A DNA stretch of 64,000 nucleotides from Hydrolagus colliei (lineage: Eukaryota). Below are positions 61,660-64,000 of the stretch, piece by piece. The notes under the pieces are model-generated. The model saw nothing but the letters and a program-made list of their open reading frames with translations, made no database searches and had not been told where the DNA came from. The stretch spans positions 3,534,001-3,598,000 of the forward strand of contig CM068755.1 in NCBI GenBank assembly GCA_035084275.1. Reading direction: 5' to 3'. A program made the position numbers and the translations under genes. The stretch's first letter is position 1. Each line of letters starts with the position of its first letter.

Positions 61660-62295
61660 GTGTGAAATACTCGTGCACGCGTACATCACCTCAAGGCTGG
61701 ACTACAGAAACTCTCTCCTCGTCGGCCTCCTCAGTTCCTCCATTCACAGGTTGCAGGTCATCCAAAACTCTGCAGCCCGTGTATTATCCCGCACCCGCCT
61801 CCGCGACCATATAACCCCCACCCTCGCCCGTCTCCACTGGCTCCCCATCCTCCAGAGGATCGAGTTCAAGGTCCTTGTCCTCACCTTCAAGGCCTTACAT
61901 GGACTTGCCCCGCCCTACTTAACAAATTTACTCTCCCCCTACAAGCCCACCCAAACCCTCCGTTCAGCAGGACTTGGCCTGCTCCAAGCCCCCGCCTGAA
62001 CCGCCCCACCATCGGAGGCCGGGCCTTCAGTTTTTCTGCTCCGACCCTATAGAATTCCATCCCCCAATCCCTCCGTCTCGTTTCTTCCCTTTCTTCTTTC
62101 AAGGCCGGTTTGAAGACTTTTCTCTTCGACCGTGCCTTTTGTTCCACCCCGAATTCTTCAACCTCCCCTACGTGTTTCACCCCTCCCCGTACACTCCCCT
62201 CCCAGCTCGGGTCACATGCCTCCTGTGCAGCGCCTTGGGACGTCCTCCCGACGTGAAAGGCGCTTTATAAGTGTAATTTGTTGTTGTTGTTGTTG
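61660..62295 (+). mobile_element. L2 LINE 3' fragment (family L2a)
   Basis: [13 protein letters not shown]...[13 protein letters not shown] differs from the 17.4-kb copy at 12 of 107 aa; same stem-loop and (TTG)n tail. Confidence 0.95.
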
Positions 62296-62837
62296 CATGG
62301 ATGGACTGCCACAGTTTTGGGGGGTAGTTTCGGCACGTAGTGGCTGACGGCACAGTATCACAAACATCCCACTTCTTGGCCAATTAGGACCACCCTAACT
62401 GTTAGGAATTGAAAGGGAAGAATCTCTCTGTGAAGAGCCTGCTCCTGGACGCCATGCGACGCTAAGCTGCGTGAAGGGCACTATACATAGTTGTTGTTCC
62501 TCCGTGTCGTACCAGGTAACTAGACTATCAAGACCACCACAGAGGTACAGCTGGATTGTGAAATTCCATTGCCAGGCATATCCTTCTGGAGATAGATCAA
62601 ACCCAGACACCTCACCCACCACCACCTCCTCCCCCACCCAAGATAATAATAAGAATAATAATCTTTGCATTTGATATAGTACTATATATTTGTAGGCGAA
62701 ATCACAGCAGTGTCCCACAAACAGTCGTGGCTTGAAATGACCAATTTATTCTGTTTTTTTTTAATGGATTTTAAATGGATTATTATTAGGCATGTGGAGT
62801 AAGGAGACTTGCCCAAGGTTGCCCAGTTATAAAGTAC

Positions 62838-63188
62838 CTGCCACTTGCAGCATGATGGGGGCGCTATTGTAATCGTTGATTCGAACGAAGCAGGTGAAGC
62901 TGCCCTCGTCCTGGATTTGAACCTGCCTCAGGAGGAGAGAGGCATTCCCCCTCTGCAGCTCGGTGTGAAAGAGAGATGTCCTGTTGGTGAAGCTGCTGGC
63001 CTGATCCATCTGTTGGTCTCGCTGGCCAGCGTAGCTGTGCACCATCCTCTTGGTCTCCGTCAGCTGCCATATCACACTGAGGTCCGACAGGGAGAAATTT
63101 CCGTCTGTCAGGAACGAGCAGTTGAGAGTGATGTCTTCCCCGAAAATGCCCAGCACTGGGAATTCAGGCACCAGGATATTCAGAGCCC
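62838..63188 (-). CDS. CD276: CD276/B7-H3 IgV exon (351 nt, phase 1-1)
   Basis: Translates (G)ALNILVPEFPVLGIFGEDITLNCSF...IWQLTETKRMVHSY...NRTSLF...GNASLLL...[24 protein letters not shown], matching human B7-H3 LEVQVPEDPVV...IWQLTDTKQLVHSF...[24 protein letters not shown]. Acceptor tttctttcag with upstream gctaac branch motif; donor G|gtactt. Confidence 0.97.
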
Positions 63189-63259
63189 CTGAAAGAAATC
63201 CAGCAACATGCCATGTTAGCTCGGAGGGTGGTGGGGGAGAGGGGTGGGGTAGGTGCCGA

Positions 63260-63712
63260 ATAATAATAATCATAATAATAATAATCCTTGCCTTTTGATA
63301 TAGTGCTTTTCACGTCTTCTAGATGTCTCAAAGCGCTTCACAGAATATACTCTCATGCTGAGTTTTGCCCACAAATATAGTCAATTCACTTTACAGTATA
63401 TTCTGCGAAGCGCTTTGAGACGGCGATAAGATGTGAAAAGCGCTATATCAAATGCAAGGATTCTTATTGTTATTAAAGTGAATTGACTGTACATTTCTGG
63501 GCGAAACGCGAAAGCCAATTGCGCACTGCAGTGTCCCACAAACAGTCGTGGATTCAAATGACCAATTTTATTATTGTGATTGTGTTTTTTGAGGGATTAT
63601 TATTAGGCGTGTGGAATAAGGAAACTTGCCCAAGGTTTCGCCCTGACCTGCCAGGATTCGAACACAGGTCTCACACTTGTAAGGCGAGTGCTCTAACCAC
63701 TGAGCTACAGGC
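63260..63712 (-). mobile_element. SINE-A short variant with nested opposite-strand SINE tail (63352-63473)
   Basis: Split at aatatact|taaagtg; ends about 70 bp upstream of the IgV acceptor. Confidence 0.92.
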
Positions 63713-63724
63713 ATGGCGGCAGTC

Positions 63725-64000
63725 AAGACTGGCACGGTGGTAGTGCTCTCGCCTCTGAGTCATAAGTTTGTGGGTTCAAGCCCCCACGTCAGGACTTGGG
63801 AATCACGTAGTCTGAGATGACACTCCCATTGTAGGGTGGGTGGGTGGTTGCATTGCATCTAAAGGAGGTGCCGTCCTTTAGATGACACAATAAACTGATG
63901 TCCCATCTGTGTCTGTTCAGGTGGATATTAAAGATTCCATGGCACTGATCAAAAAGAGAAGCGAGTTCCTCTCTCCACCAGTGTCCAGGCCAACTTTATA
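63725..64000 (+). mobile_element. Deu-domain SINE (SINE-B), runs off the window
   Basis: gtgggttcaagcccc; ggaggtgccgtcctttagatga; ggtggatattaaagattccatggcact. Confidence 0.87.

Noticed and set aside
1-64000. CRISPR-like or satellite array suggested by the recurring gcgctttgagacgtc...gcaaggattatt unit
   Set aside because: Copies are dispersed, on both strands and irregularly spaced; they are SINE 3' tails in a vertebrate genome.

Overview
Repeat-dense vertebrate genomic DNA. The repeat content (Deu-domain SINEs, L2, shark-type CR1 tails, Penelope relics, no HE1 SINE seen) points to a cartilaginous fish, most likely a holocephalan; this is an inference. The only protein-coding gene I can support is CD276 (B7-H3) on the minus strand. 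Six coding exons chain in phase 1 with canonical AG/GT sites: IgV 62838-63188, IgC 60494-60790, transmembrane 26587-26721, two cytoplasmic micro-exons 15360-15392 and 10405-10440, and a probable last coding exon 4999-5012. The signal-peptide exon lies beyond the right edge. The IgC-TM intron is 33,772 bp. The rest is two tRNA-derived SINE families sharing an L2-type 3' tail (dozens of copies and fragments), 5'-truncated L2 and CR1 LINEs (one L2 with 429 open codons), a pogo/Tigger-like MITE, two Penelope-type relics with hammerhead-ribozyme-like cores, an unclassified LF-SINE-like repeat, microsatellites, and TE-free islands that may be enhancers. The strongest leads are a twin-primed Penelope insert with a 14-bp TSD, a SINE-internal palindrome that is repeatedly broken by insertions and rearrangements, and a SINE/L2 tail stem-loop with identical geometry but a different loop. 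Almost all ORFs in the supplied track are spurious or TE-derived. Repeat boundaries were read by eye and are approximate (about 10-20 bp); exon boundaries were indexed base by base.
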